From assembly GCF_964355755.1 (NCBI RefSeq), contig NC_092675.1, positions 24,028,912-24,092,911 of the forward strand: DNA of 64,000 nt. Reading direction: 5' to 3'. This document shows, one piece after another, positions 13,090-27,027 of this stretch; positions within the stretch are counted from its first letter, which is position 1; every line of letters starts with the position of its first letter. The notes beneath the pieces are model-generated. The model did no database searches and had not been told where the DNA came from. It worked only from the letters and a program-made list of their open reading frames with translations. The stretch is from Antedon mediterranea. Taxonomy: Eukaryota; Animalia; Echinodermata. Position numbers and translations under genes: made by a program.

Positions 13090-13355
13090 AAGTAGAACCC
13101 TATTATTGGATCAAACAAAGTTTCCCATGAGTAGAGTTGATGGTAGTGTTAAATCATGTGTTTGCTTGTGCATTTCATGGGAACGGGATGTCTCCTGAAT
13201 AGGGGTAACACATTATAAAGGGATGCTCACTGAATAGGGGTTTCCCCTGAATAGAGGAGATATTCCCTGAATTGGGGTACCACATTGATAGGGAGTGTGC
13301 CCTGAATAGAGGTGTCCCTTGAATAGATGTACCCCATTAAAGGGTGTCCCAAATG
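13090..13355. mobile_element. Degenerate MITE-like element with repeated ccctgaatagagg units
   Basis: At least five imperfect copies of (c)cctgaatag(a/g)gg between 13194 and 13330. Confidence 0.5.
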
Positions 13356-16083
13356 AAGAGTTCTTCTGTATATCATTTGGTACAAAGCAATAATGAATAA
13401 AATGCATACCTTCTTTTTAAGCATTAAAGTTGGAAGATTATAATTTCTCTCCCGCTTTCAAATGTTTTAAATGCTTTTAGTAGAATAGCATTCAATGTTT
13501 GTCCAACTTTAATTCTGAGTAGTTTGCAGACTAATTATAAAATTAAATTATTTTGTTTCTGAGGCTATAGGAAAAAAATGTTCATCATTAGCATGTCTAG
13601 AATTAAGTTTGATATTTGTGAGTGGCCGACACGTTCAAGTCTACTGTATGTCTGCTATGCATGCAAATTATGTGTCAATGCAAAGCTAGAAAATCAGCTC
13701 TTATACCAACATGTTTGCTATAAATCGTAAAAGGTTGCCTTCTAACCATGTTTGGAAAATGATATGATTTAAATTTATGTATTTTTAAAAACATAAATAC
13801 ATAAATAAATAAATAAATAAAAAAGGCGTTGTAAAACTACATGTCAAATAGGCTGATGTTGGTTTTTGTAAAAGATGTTATAAAACCTTAAACCAGAGGC
13901 CTAGTCCTTGAATTTATATCTTTACAAGCAAGAATACTTAGATGTTTGGTTAAGTTTAAACGAATAATGATATGGCCCTGTTTGCCATCCAATCCTTTAT
14001 TAAAAAATATGATCCCAGGCATATATACATATATATTTATCCCACCAAGCTTTCTTTTCAAAGATTTATGATATGATAATAATACTATAATATTGTAAAG
14101 TAATCCTGTTCCTGTATTTTAGATACAAAAAATGAAATAATGTTTTTATTTCTGAAGTATGTATTCCCTGTGGGAAACTGTTTAGATTTAAATATGAATA
14201 TTAAATGTATAAGTATATGTTATTAGTATGCTTTATTTTGAAAAATGTAGGTAATTTAAATTTAATTTTCATAATTTCAGTGCCATTTGTAATAGTTCCA
14301 TGATACAATCTGAAAATGCATGCATCTATTTCTACTGTTTTTATATTTTATTTCTTATCAAAATGTTATTGAGCAATTTTGTGATACTTAAATTTAGTTT
14401 TTTTAATAGAAAACTATTGTTTGAGTTTGTAATATAATAATTTAACGCTACACAATGTTTTTTGGGTGTTTTTTTTCTTTGATATATCATCTTATAAGAA
14501 ATACTATGCCACTAAGAGAATTTAGAAAATTTAGAAAAAATTTAAACAGAACACAGAACTTGTATTTGTTTGGTGTTGAAGTGTACTGTACTTAACGCAA
14601 CCTAAATGTAAAGTAATTTGACCAATCACAATGTGATGTTATTCCAGCTATCACATGTGGTTGTGTCTATGATGTTGTGTCCCTTTGCGTCCAAGTGAGA
14701 AGTAAACTTTAGGCGGAGGCTTATCGGCCACCCTAAAATTTCAAAATTTACAATGCAACAGAACTACTGTAGGTCATTAGGTTCAGTTTCATTTTACCAA
14801 TTTTAGCCACTTGATCCTGGATCCACTACTGAGACAAGGATAAGAAATAAGAACGTGTCTCAAAAGTGCTAATAAATGACATCAATTAGACCTATGCCTA
14901 CAAACAGATAGCAGACATGATATGGAGACAATAAAAGACAAATAAATAGGAAACCTTTTACAGGAAAAAAAAAAACAAACATAGAAGAGTCAAACCAAAA
15001 GCTTTAGAAAAGATGCAAGGAAACCTCCAGTATAGTTGCAAGCCAGATGGTGACTATTTTTTGGGTTATATTTAAAGGACATCTACAAATAGCAATCATC
15101 AATAATCATATTCAGCAGAACGACAGAAAAAAGAATTATACAGCATCCTGTTGCGTCATCAATATTCATCAGTTAAGATGAGGTATTATATAAGTTACAT
15201 AAAGAATCAGCAGCTGAATAATAATCATGAGGATATATAATCTAAAGTTAAAACCTTGCTACAGTAGGTACAGGACTTAAAGCAAAAGGTTAAAAGTTCA
15301 ATATTTCTCCAGATCTTAATGAATTTCTTTAGCATAATATTCAGCTTTAACACTTGCAGTAGGCTATGGATCTAGATGTTTTCATGTAATGTAGTGCAAG
15401 AAGGCACATATTGAAACAGTGAAAATGAATGAAATATATGAAAATATATTTTTAAATGTTAGTAGTAAAATCTAATCTAACCTAACCTTTCATTTATTGA
15501 AGATATTGTGGGCATATTCACCAATCACCAAAATTGAAAAGGGAGATATTTAAAATTAATTTGTTTTCACTTAAAGTCAACAAATATGTAAGAATTCGAA
15601 AGAGCCATATGAGAGAGAATTTGTAAATGCTTTAGCCGATCAGTTTGATTGGTAATAGGGCCACTGGATGCTGTAGTCATATTTAAGGTCTAATATATCC
15701 TCTATATTGAGATTGCCGCTTTAAACTTGTTTCATTATTCTGCATTATTTAAGTGCGTATGAGTCATACAGAAAATTGTACTGTGTCTGGTATTTTCACA
15801 GCATAGAATTTGATGAAGCTCTGATGGAATTTGCGACTTTTGGCAGCTGTTCAACATCTTATTAATTTCTTTTTTTTTCTTGTCTAGTTTCTGTTTTTGT
15901 GGAAAGATATACTGTATTATACTGTATGCTCTCCAATTTAAGTAATGATTCATTATTTACAGTACTGGCATCCCTCTACACCATTATATTATTAGGTTAT
16001 ATGCATTATCATGCATATAACCTCTTGATTCTGTCAAAATCTTTGTTTATTTATTCTTTCCTTAGCACTATTTTGTCCATGAA

Positions 16084-16600
16084 TTATCTTGATATCAGTT
16101 TCATCTAGCTAAGTCAATTTTTCAGAGTATATTCCTTATGGCCAGGAATCGATGTGGTTATGTTTTCACGGTGCGCAATCAAACATTACGCGGTCTACGC
16201 GCGATTTAATGAAATCACGTTTGTAATCATATCTTCACAAGCATAAATCATTTTTAAACAAAATTTGGTACTCATAAATTTCAGGTCATATTTCATCATA
16301 TGGCAATACAATTACGTGTGTAGCGCATATAACGCATGCGTACGCGCGCTTAAAATGTTCAAAATTGTCAAAATTTATTTTCGATGAAATTAGAGTACGT
16401 TTCAGGCAATTTTAAGCGTTTAAAAAATTACCATGAGTGCGCAGATTTTTGCACGCGCAATTTTTTATCCGATTACTGTTGTATAACCTTTCTTTAATAA
16501 TATCATATTTTATTCACTTTTCAACGCGAAACAGCGTTATACGAGCACGTCAAAAGTGACAGGCTACGCACGTGTAAGTTAACAAAATGGTAAAAATATG
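16084..16600 (-). mobile_element. Inverted copy of the internal part of the element at 61155-62130
   Basis: 16084-16580 is the reverse complement of ~61525-62008 at high identity. For example ccttatggccaggaatcgatgtggttatgttttcacggtgcgcaat pairs with attgcgcaccgtgaaaacataaccacattgattcctggccataagg. Confidence 0.85.
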
Positions 16601-17140
16601 CTAAATTTTGAAATTAATATATATCGTTAGAATGCTCGGGAACACCAATTTTTTATTTCATTTTCTTGAAGTGTATGTATCATATGTATGACTTATTATG
16701 AAATTAAGAGAAAAAAAAGTTGATTAAGTCATCATTAATGGCATATTAAATTTAAAAAAATTAATTTTGACAATCAAACAAATTATAACATTTTCTTAGG
16801 CCGAAATAACAAACTTAACATTAACTTTCTTCCTTAAGAAGTTCATATATTAAAGTTAAAAGTATATAGTTTGACAGTGCATCATTTTTAAAAATTTTTA
16901 AAGATGTCATCATAGTAAAACATTATAATTCATTGCGGTATGTAATAATCTATCTGCACCAAAGTGGTTACTGCATAGTAAATACACGGAGGAATCTTTC
17001 CATAACTTTTAGTCAGTTGTGTATGGCTCGATGGTCTGAGCTCGTGTCTATGGCATTCAAGGTTCCGAGATCGAGTCTCACCTTGGGAAACGAAATAAGA
17101 TTTTTTTTTATTATCCGTATTGTTTGTTCAAATTTATTTC

Positions 17141-17880
17141 TTAGTGTATAGATTTTACATATAATTTATAATGAAATCTAGATAAAAAGTAACTTATGTC
17201 TTTATTATTATTATGTAATATAATATATTATAACAAATGTGGTTTATGACATTATACGCAGAGGGATCTTGGATCGGATTGTGATACCGGCTATTGTATT
17301 CGAGTTAGCAAGGTCCTATCATATATTATAAAAATTAAAGAATCTGAGAAAATCAATCAATCAAAATATCTTTTAAAAATCAATTATCTTTATTTAAATC
17401 AATGCATATAACCTATAATTCGTCATAGTGACGAATTAAATCTAGTTTTATTTATTTTTTGTTTTACATTATTACTGTGGAAGTGAGGCAGCGTTGGCTG
17501 TCAAGCGAGACGTGGAAACACTATGTATCATCAGACTCTTCCCTTACCCGTTTTAATTGAATATATTTCTAGATGCAGATTTTGATGCTGATGATTCACG
17601 TTTTGGTACATACGAGTTTCCATCCCGACACGGCATTAGATCTGAGGTCAAACATTTTGGGACTACTGAACTTTAGTTTCCCCCAGATCCCGAGATAGCT
17701 TAGGCTACTATTATCAGAAGGAACAAACTAGCGTAACGGGCGTTAGTGTATAGATTATACACATGATTTATAATGAAATCTAGATAAAAATTAACTTATG
17801 TCTTTATTATTATGTAACAACAAATGTGGTTTATGACATTATACGCATATGGATCATAGTGACGAATTAAATCTGGTTAT
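17141..17880. repeat. Dispersed direct duplication (17141-17447 vs 17743-17880)
   Basis: Both begin ttagtgtatagatt...atgaaatctagataaaaa and end catagtgacgaattaaatct(a/g)gtt. The second copy is internally deleted. Confidence 0.75.
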
Positions 17881-20244
17881 TCTTGATTTTATTTCAAACC
17901 AAAACAATTTGCAATGTGAATATTAATTCGAATTTGCAACACCTGATAAGGAGACAACTTCCCTGAAAATAAGAATTGGTTATAGCATGGAGCAATAAAA
18001 ACGTCTCCATAGTTTTAATCTCTCTTTCCTTCATGTGAAGTGTATCCAAAAAAAGGGGATGAAGGTTATGATAAAATAAAACATTTATTTGTTTTTGAGA
18101 GTTCACATTAAAAAAAAAATTGATTTATGCCTTTCCCAATATTATTTTCACACAACTCAGATTTCTCAAAGCTCTCGTCCATTTATCTGTGCATGGATTT
18201 CAGTTAATTATCTGGCATTCATGCATGATTAGTCAGAGAGTAGTGATACTCGTTTAACGCTGACATAATTTAGAGCAATGATATAAATGATTAAATAACT
18301 CAAAAAGTGACAGTGAAAGCTTTGGTTTTTGGTCACTTCTAATCTAATAATACAGATTTGTTTCCAGATTTTTTCAGACTGCTTAGCCGTTCTAATAAAT
18401 CTATAAATGATCATTTTAAAGGACAACTTGACCGAGACCATATTTTTACAACGTATTAGGGATGCACATATGATTTCAGAACTATTGTGAGATTAAGGAT
18501 ATCGCTGCACACGCTTGCCGTACAGCCGTCGCCGTAAATTTCTGTGACGTCACAGGTGCATCGCAAAAAATACTTAATGGGTCCAGATAAGCAAAAGAAA
18601 CAATAAAAAAATCAACATTTAAATTTTTTACAATTTATTTACAAAGTGTGTTTACTAGAAATGTTTGCGATTTGCCAGACAACTCATGACGTAAATTTTG
18701 AGATGCACCTGTTATTTCCCGAAATGCTGTGGCCAACTGCTTCTTTGACAGCCAGTCGCCCTCAAATTTATCATTCGCATCTCCCAAAAAACTATTGACA
18801 TTCATACAAGAGTCTCAGACCACACCCCTGGATCGGCAGTAATTTCTCTTTTTTTGTTCGAGATCAAGTCCTAAAATCGATTCCACCAATTGAAGAGTTG
18901 CAGATCTTTCACACCATCAGTTTAATAGAAGCTAACAACATGATGACGTCATACCGCTACCGTATTTGGGCACATCACATTTTTTTTGTCAAACTAGTTT
19001 GATAGTGTTGACAGAGATTTGGACCAATAAAGTGATGCTCTATACAAATATTTTGTTTTGTAAAACATTGAAATTCACAAGACGTTGAATGCAAGCTTGT
19101 CTTTATTTCGTACACACTGTAGCATTTACAACATTCAATCCACAAATTTACAAACAAAAACATAAAAGTAAACAAAATGAACAACAAAATAAACTTGATA
19201 ACAACATGCAACTTTATTGTAATAAAGTAAATATAAATTGAAAATTTGTACAAAATGAACATAAAAATCTTCAGCTGATTATGGAATATTTTGTAAGAGA
19301 ATATAAAAAAGAAACAATATACTTTACATAACTATAATTTTTGGCAAGTAATGGATATATCATATAGAAGAACTCAACACTTTACAATCATATAAACTTA
19401 TCTTAAATATAACGCTTTACAAAATTCAATCATATAAATCTATCTTAAAAAATATCATTTCTACTATAATTCCTCTATTAACTCTACAATAAACTATTCA
19501 TTAAGCTAAACCTAATACCAATCAGTTATTTGTCTATGGTAACATTCATTAATAATTATGTTAATATTAATATACATTAATACAGTACTTTTACATTGGC
19601 ACATTGGGTGTGCATTTTTATCACCTTTGCAATATATATAGGTTGGTTGACGATTAATAATGATTTTATAATGGCAAAAAAGTGGTCAATAAATATTCCA
19701 TCAGTTCAAGATTTGCATTTTAGAAGGAAGCAGTGTATTGCACATAAGTGTTTTATTTAGATATGTATGGATATTGGAAAATGAGTATTTAATTAGCCAA
19801 TACGTAGTTGCACTAAACACAGATTGAATACTTACTTACAGCCTTAGCACACTGGCTCGGTTTTCTGAAATTATATACAGTAGTTTGCATGCTATAAAAA
19901 TTGACGATCACTCTGGATCGCCAACATTAGCTATCATAATATATTTAACAAAAAAAAACCAATATATATTGTACTATTTAGTTTGCTGCATTATGTTACA
20001 TCTATCTATATGAATAACAGAAAATACAGTAATGTCCACAAATTACAGTACATGTACATGGACATTTTATGTGAAATATTCTAGTTTGAAATAAAAATGA
20101 CTACAAATCTACTGCTGAATTTCTTCTACTTAGTATTAGACAAACTGTTTGCAAAAAGCCAATTAGCAGTTTATATTCTATTTTGATAAAATGCAAGGTG
20201 GAACACTAGAAAGATATGCATCTAATACTCTTTATATCCATTTT

Positions 20245-20530
20245 AATTGTGATCAAGAGTTATAAGATTGTGATCAAGCGATTGTGATCAAGATTTCTGA
20301 TATTGTGATCAAGAGTTCAGATAGTGTGATCAAGAGTTCAGATAGTGTGATGAAGCATTTGCGATCACAAGTTCTGATATTGTGATCAAGAGTGCGAGAT
20401 CACAAGTTCTGATATTGTGATCAAGCATCTAATTTCAATCAAGAGTGATCAAGCATTTCAATATTGTGATCAAGTGGTGTAATTGTGATCAAGAGTTCTT
20501 GTGATTATCAAGTTTTGAAATTATGATTAT
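20245..20530. repeat. Minisatellite built on ATTGTGATCAAG
   Basis: About 12 imperfect tgtgatcaag-containing units with variable spacers, just 3' of the stathmin stop codon. Confidence 0.9.
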
Positions 20531-20646
20531 CTATCTATCATTTTAAAGTAAACATTTTGTAAAAATTTAAACACAAATATAAATAACACTTAATAAATAC
20601 AGCTGTTTATTTCAACATGTTGCCTTTGGATTGGTCCTTCTGCATA

Positions 20647-22616
20647 TTACAAGGTTTCGTCACATGCATCTCCAGAACTTCCAATCTCTTTCTTGCGTTC
20701 TCTTACTTTCTCAAAACGCTCTTTCTGCAGTGCCAAAAAAAAAAACCAAAAACCAGAATAATAAATTAAAAAGGTCAAGAATCTAGATTCTAGTTGGAAA
20801 TTGTACCCGTTACCATAATGACTAGGATTAGATTGTAATTGATTCTAGTTCATACGACAACTAACGTTTTCAAAGTGTTTGAAAGTCAAAGTGTTAATAA
20901 TAATTTGAATATCATTAGAAATATCTATTGTTTTAACGCATGGCAATATCGGAATGAGTAGTAGTGGTCAAATACCAACTGGGAAATAATAATAAGAATA
21001 TCCTGTATTTATATAGCGTCTAATGTTGTTAAACCTATAAGCGCTTAACATTATTACCCCACTTTTTTTTTTTGGGAATCAAACGCTCATGGAAACATAC
21101 CCCCAAAACAGCCAGTTATGTTTTTCTTGAGAGATAATCTACATCATTGCCTCCATTATAACTCATGATTACTATTCATAAGTGCTCATGTAAAAGGGTA
21201 TTATATGACCATTGACAAAATTATCCACAGTTAACTCATCGATAATTTCAGGATGAGTCATGCCTAATCATCAATTATTAGAGAGAATTTCTCTATTCGC
21301 ATCTCATAATTACAAACCACAAAATCAATACTACAAGTACAACACATGAAACATAATGACCAATTTTACAGTATGCATACCCAAGTATGCCAAATTTGTT
21401 ATTAATGATAGTCCGGTGACTGAGTCCATATACTTTAATACAAAACTAATTAAAATCTAAAACATACAGTATTCTTCACTATGGCAAAAATCTTAGTATA
21501 TTGAACATCTCAACTATTAGGTGAACTACTAATTAGTAGAGTATTAATTAATTAACCAACCAACACCAGACATGTCACATGCATTTACATTTTTCCATCA
21601 GATACGATTTACAGTATTCATTTGTTTTGAAAAATCTTGTTCAGCTGATTTGGCTCTGTATTGCCATCCCAACAGTATAATTTTACAAACTGCTTTGAAA
21701 AAAAAAACAAGAATTTTACGTACCTTTTCCTTTAGCTTTTGTTTGCGTTCTTCATCAAGCTGTTTGTAATTATTCTCAAACTTTCCCATGTCAGCTTCTA
21801 GCTTTTCTTTGGCAGATTTAATGAAGTTGTTATTCTGTTCCCGTGCTTTAGACTGAGCTTGCAGAATCTGTTCATTTTCTTTTGCCAGTTTTTCTAACAA
21901 ACTGCTTTCCATTGACTACAAAATATACACAAAGAGTCTCATGAAAAAAGAAGCAAGTAATGTACTGCATGTAGGATGTAACACAAGACCAGTTGAGCAG
22001 CCTGTATGGTAAAAAATTACATTCCCCAATACCATACTCCTTTGTGGTAGCTAAAAATGCTTTTTTTTTTTAAATTTAATTATAGTATTAGTAGACTTAT
22101 GAAAGAATTTCTGGGGACCAAAGTGTGTACTGTAGTTTCAACTTTTGATTCATTAGTAATTATAAAATAGCCAATTAGCTTGAATTTACATACAGTATGA
22201 CAAAACTCACCTTCCTTCGTTCTTCTGCTGCAGCTAGCTTGCTGTTGATTTCATCCAAAGATTGAACACTTTTACTTTTTGGGGGTGAAGGTAGCCGGTT
22301 TGGGGCATCTCCTTTACCAGGCTCCAACTCCAAAACAAAAGCAACGCCGCCATTAGATGTCTTTTTTTCAGATTCTATAATTAATACAAAATAAACAAGC
22401 TACTTTAATAATGTTCAAAATCAACAATAAAACACATTTAAAACCAGCAGAAAACAAACCTGGTTTAATGTTTTTAAAGTAATTTTAATAAATATCCATT
22501 AATTTTAAAAAACATCAAAAATCGCAGAGATAGATAGGACTAGCATCTTTAAACTGCATAGATCCCAAAATTTGGACACTTTTTAAAAGGGGCAGAAAGG
22601 GCTTACCTGAAGGCAT
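20647..22616 (-). CDS. Stathmin family protein (147 aa)
   Basis: Exons 22616-22607, 22374-22211, 21915-21724 and 20724-20647 total 444 nt. They give MPSESEKKTSNGGVAFVLELEP...LPSPPKSKSVQSLDEINSKLAAAEERRKSMESSLLEKLAKENEQ...NNNFIKSAKEKLE...KERFEKVRERKKE...*. The G.AF.L.L, SPPK, L.EI..KL.AAEERRKS and NNNF.K.A.EKL signatures match stathmins. A non-coding first exon probably lies near 25320-25400. Confidence 0.92.
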
Positions 22617-23021
22617 GTTTTTAATCAGGATTTTCGCGTTAGACAAGCAATTCTTAAGGCACTAAAACGGATTAATCTGTGAAATAAAACAAACTATGTT
22701 TGTCAACAATCAATACCATATAGGCCTAGGGCCTAGGCCTAATTAATACAAAACATCTGGCGTGTGGTGTTACAGTTTATGTTAATCTTGAAAGATCTAG
22801 GCCTAATTCTTAAAAAAACATCTGGGCTGAAGTGAAAGTGTGATGAACATCATATCATCTGATTTAATATGAATGTATTGAATCAAAGAAGAGTGTAGAC
22901 GTAGGCCTAATTGTTTAATCAGTTGAAGGAATGTGCCTTTTTATAATGGGAAGAAGAAACTGTAGCACTGAAGCAGGAGCTAGGTTTAGGCTAGGGTATG
23001 TGGGGAAAGCCTACAATATAA

Positions 23022-25104
23022 ATAGCCTGGGTGCAGAACAATTATTATACACATTTGCGGGAAAAAAGTATAGGAAAATTTTTGTTTGGTTTTTCTAATA
23101 ATAGAGTATACCATATAGAATGTCAGAAAAAAAATCCCCATCCCAGGGTCTTGAGGAAAATTTTTTATGACATTTTTAAATTTTGGCCTATATAACACAC
23201 ACAAATTTCTATTAACACACACAAATACCTATATATATAATATAGGGGATAGGGAAAATCAATTAACAGTTTTTGTTACTTGCAGTTGTGTTTTAATGAT
23301 TAAAATTAGTAGAGGCTTACTTTAATAACTGCTTCTCATAGTAGTTGATGAATCAAGTCGATACGATGACATCATCATGCCAGAATCCAATATGGCGGGA
23401 AAAACAGGGTATTGCTAAACCCCCTCAAACCCCTGGAAACCTGGAAAAAAAACATAGAAAACCCCACCGAACCAACATAAAAGTGATTGAATCATGGAGT
23501 GTACGACCCACTAGGTATGTCCATGTAAAAAAAATTAAAAATTTATACTGTTAACTACTTATTTTTGGGGTAAAACATCATTTTTTGGTTAAAAATTAGC
23601 AATCATTTTTTACCAAAAAATGATGTTTACCCCAAAAATAAGTAGTTAACAGTAGAAATTCAATATTTTTTTACATGGATATACCCAGTGGGTCGTACAC
23701 TACATAATTCAATCACTTTTATTATTTTGGTTCGGTGGGGTTTGCTATGTTTTTTTTTGAGGTTTGCAGGGTTTAGCAATCATTTTTGACCAAAAAATGA
23801 TGTTTTACCCCAAAAATAAGTAGTTAACAGTAGAAATTTTTTTTTTTTTTTTTTACATGGATATACCCAGTGGATCGTACACTACATGATTCAATCACTT
23901 TTATGTTGGTTCGGTGGGGTTTGCTATGTTTTTTTTTAGGTTTGCAAGGGTTTGCGGGGGTTTAGCATTACCCTGTTTTTTCCTCCAAATTGGACGCCAT
24001 ATTGGATTCTGGCATGATGATGTCATTGTTATCGACTCGATTTATCAACTACTATGAGAAGTAGTTATTAAAGTAAGCCTCAGCAAATTTTAATCATCAT
24101 AACACAACTCCAAGTAAAAAAAATGTGAATTTGTTTTCCCTATCCCCTATATATAGGTATTTGTGTGTGTAATAGGCATTTGTGTGTGTTATATAGGCCA
24201 AAATTTGAAAGTGCCGTAAAAAATTTTCCCCAAGACCCTAGGATGGGGATTTTTTTTTCTGACATTCTATATGGTATACTCCATCAGAAAAAAAAGAAAA
24301 CAATTTTCCTATACTTTTTTCCCGCAAAATTTGTACTGCACCCAGGCTAAAAATTAACAATCATTTTTTACCAAAAAATGATGTTTACCCCAAAAATAAG
24401 TAGTTAACAGTAGAAATTCAATATTTTTTTACATGGATATACCCAGTGGGTCGTACACTACATAATTCAATCACTTTTATTTTTTTGGTTCGGTGGGGTT
24501 TGCTATGTTTTTTTGGAGGTTTGCAGGGTTTAGCAATCATTTTTGACCAAAAAATGATGTTTTACCCCAAAAATAAGTAGTTAACAGTAGAAATTTAATT
24601 TTTTTTTTTTACATGGATATACCCAGTGGATCGTACACTACATGATTCAATCACTTTTATGTTGGTTCGGTGGGGTTTGCTATGTTTTTTTTTAGGTTTG
24701 CAAGGGTTTGCGGGGGTTTAGCATTACCCTGTTTTTTCCTCCAAATTGAACGCCATATTGGATTCTGGCATGATGATGTCATTGTTATCGACTCGATTTA
24801 TCAACTACTATGAGAAGTAGTTATTAAAGTAAGCCTAAGCAAATTTTAATCATCATAACACAACTCCAAGTAAAAAAAACGTGAATTTGTTTTCCCTATC
24901 CCCTATATATAGGTATTTGTGTGTGTAATAGGCATTTGTGTGTGTTATATAGGCCAAAATTTGAAAGTGCCGTAAAAAATTTTCCCCAAGACCCTGGGAT
25001 GGGGATTTTTTTTCTGACATTCTATATGGTATACTCCATCAGAAAAAAAAGAAAACAATTTTCCTATACTTTTTTCCCGCAAAATTTGTACTGCACCCAG
25101 GCTA
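23022..25104. mobile_element. Large foldback element with a tandemly duplicated right arm
   Basis: Left arm ~23022-23600 (tagcctgggtgcag...) is the inverse of ~23775-24349 (...ctgcacccaggcta). The block ~23595-24349 repeats as ~24350-25104 with a 756-bp period, seen in the near-identical ORFs at 24165 and 24921. Confidence 0.88.
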
Positions 25105-26028
25105 AAATGCAAGTGGCACAGTGTCAGGCTCACACCACTTCCTGTCAACACGCCCAACAAATCTTCATCATATCAAACGTTTTTTTTTCAGTCTCAAAAT
25201 ACCAACACAGACTGCGTGTAATTTTATGTTACTCCAAAGCACATGGCCTAGCGTCTTTTAATTATTGTTACTAGATAGCATAAACTCTATTATAAAATAA
25301 TTATAAATGAAATTCAAACCTTATTGCCTTCCTTTACTTGACCGTCTTTGAGACTCTTCCTAAGCGAGAATGAAAAAGAACGTGACGAGACGAACTGGGT
25401 GGAACCCTGAATGTTTGTGCGCATGCCATGCTTATTGAAATATAAATTATTCAAATTATGTGAAAAATGCAAGGCTTTTGATTGGCTAAAAGGTGTGCAT
25501 CAGAATTATTTATGAGGGCGCAATCAATAGTTTAGAATTCTAAAGTTCTTTTCGATAAACTGTTGTCCAAATACCGGCGCACTGCACGAATTGATGACTT
25601 TTATTCTAATTTTTTTTTTTATAATCTGCATTATTTTCATTCAGTATAAATATGAGAAAAACTTTTCTAAATTTTGTTGTGAATACAAGAATATAAATCA
25701 TTTAACTTATTTACTACAGTAAAAGTTACACACTACACTATACTACTACACACTTGCTAGTACAGTAACAAAAAATATTTGCTTGATTGATTTTTTTGCC
25801 ATTTGCCAAAATTCTTAAATTCCATTATTAATAATTACCATTTTTATGATCAATATTTATGATGTTATTGAGTCAATTAATACAATGTCACAGGATAAAT
25901 TAGAGAAATAAAAAAAAACTTAACATCATATTTCACTGTTTATATTTATTTGCAACATCACAACTCACATGCAGACCATATATAAATACATTTCATACAT
26001 TAACACACTTTTCTCATTACACAAACAT

Positions 26029-26501
26029 TTAAAGATGTATTGTCCCCCAAAACGTGTAAAGATGAAGGCAAATGCTTTTTTAGTATTTTTTTTCTCGACC
26101 CACGGTCAAAGTGAATAACTATTATGTGACATTAAAGTGGCCTATTAAAATTAATGTTTAAAAAAATGTTCAGGGGAACAATGTATCTTTAAAGATGTAT
26201 TGCCCCCAAAAACATGAAAAATGAAGATTAATTAAATTAGACTTTGAGTAGGGTATTTTGTAGTTTTAATCAAGGTAATCACTTCCATAGAAAAAAAACC
26301 CCTAAAAAATAATGTTTTCACTTAGAAAATGACAAAATAAATGGTTAAATTCAAATAAAAATTCATTGGCTGGCAGCCAATTTGACTATTTGTTTGCTTT
26401 AAATTACAGTTTTACACTATACTATTATGTTACATTAAAATGGCATATTCAACAGAAACATTTTTAATAATTATTTTTTCTTGGGGACAATACATCTTTA
26501 A
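26029..26501. mobile_element. Two tandem Kolobok-like MITEs sharing a central TTAA
   Basis: TTAAAGATGTATTGTCCCC(26029)...ACAATGTATCTTTAAAGATGTATTGCCCCC(26189)...GGGGACAATACATCTTTAA(26501). Confidence 0.8.
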
Positions 26502-26619
26502 TGTAATCCGAATATCTTGATTTATTATAATACAACATTTACATCCAAGCCCACCCAACCAAATGTACAGTAGCATTGCTGATACAAATTCCATACTGAA
26601 AACATGGGAAATTTACTTA

Positions 26620-27027
26620 AGCCCGGCGCACAATAGAGCTTTCGGCTGAGCCAACTGGCACGAGTAACACTTGGCTCACTAAAAAATTTGCCGCAAACTG
26701 TGATCGCGTTCTATTGGACGCACACTACACGCCTCCAGTACGCGATTTTCTGATTGGATAATTACTTACTACGCTATACGGCACGCGCTGAAATATCATA
26801 ATAAATCAGAAAATGTCATGCGCAGAGGATTTTTCTAGTGAGCAGGAAGCTCACGTTCGGCGCACACTTGAGGAAAATGGCACGCATGCCAAAAAATATT
26901 TAACACGATAGATATTTTCCTCAGCGGCACGCGTGGCCAATTCCTCACGAAATCCCCGGCGCACACTGTGAGGCAAGTGTTACTCGTGGCAGTTGGCTCA
27001 GCCGAAAGCTCTAGTGTGCGCCGGGCT
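26620..27027. mobile_element. MITE with ~60-bp TIRs and TTA target duplication (PIF/Harbinger-like)
   Basis: tta|agcccggcgcacaatagagctttcggctgagccaactg ... cagttggctcagccgaaagctctagtgtgcgccgggct|tta. Confidence 0.88.

Noticed and set aside
17012-17090. tRNA gene
   Set aside because: No convincing acceptor stem or canonical T-loop. Treated as a SINE-like head, as for 6088-6170.
20245-20530. CRISPR-like repeat/spacer look of the TGTGATCAAG array
   Set aside because: The repeats are ~12 bp, the spacers are short and related to each other, there are no cas genes, and the context is eukaryotic.
22986-25274. Three similar short ORFs (MCNRHLCVLYRPKF...) suggesting a peptide gene family
   Set aside because: They are the same foldback arm read three times, with GTG starts and frameshifts between copies.
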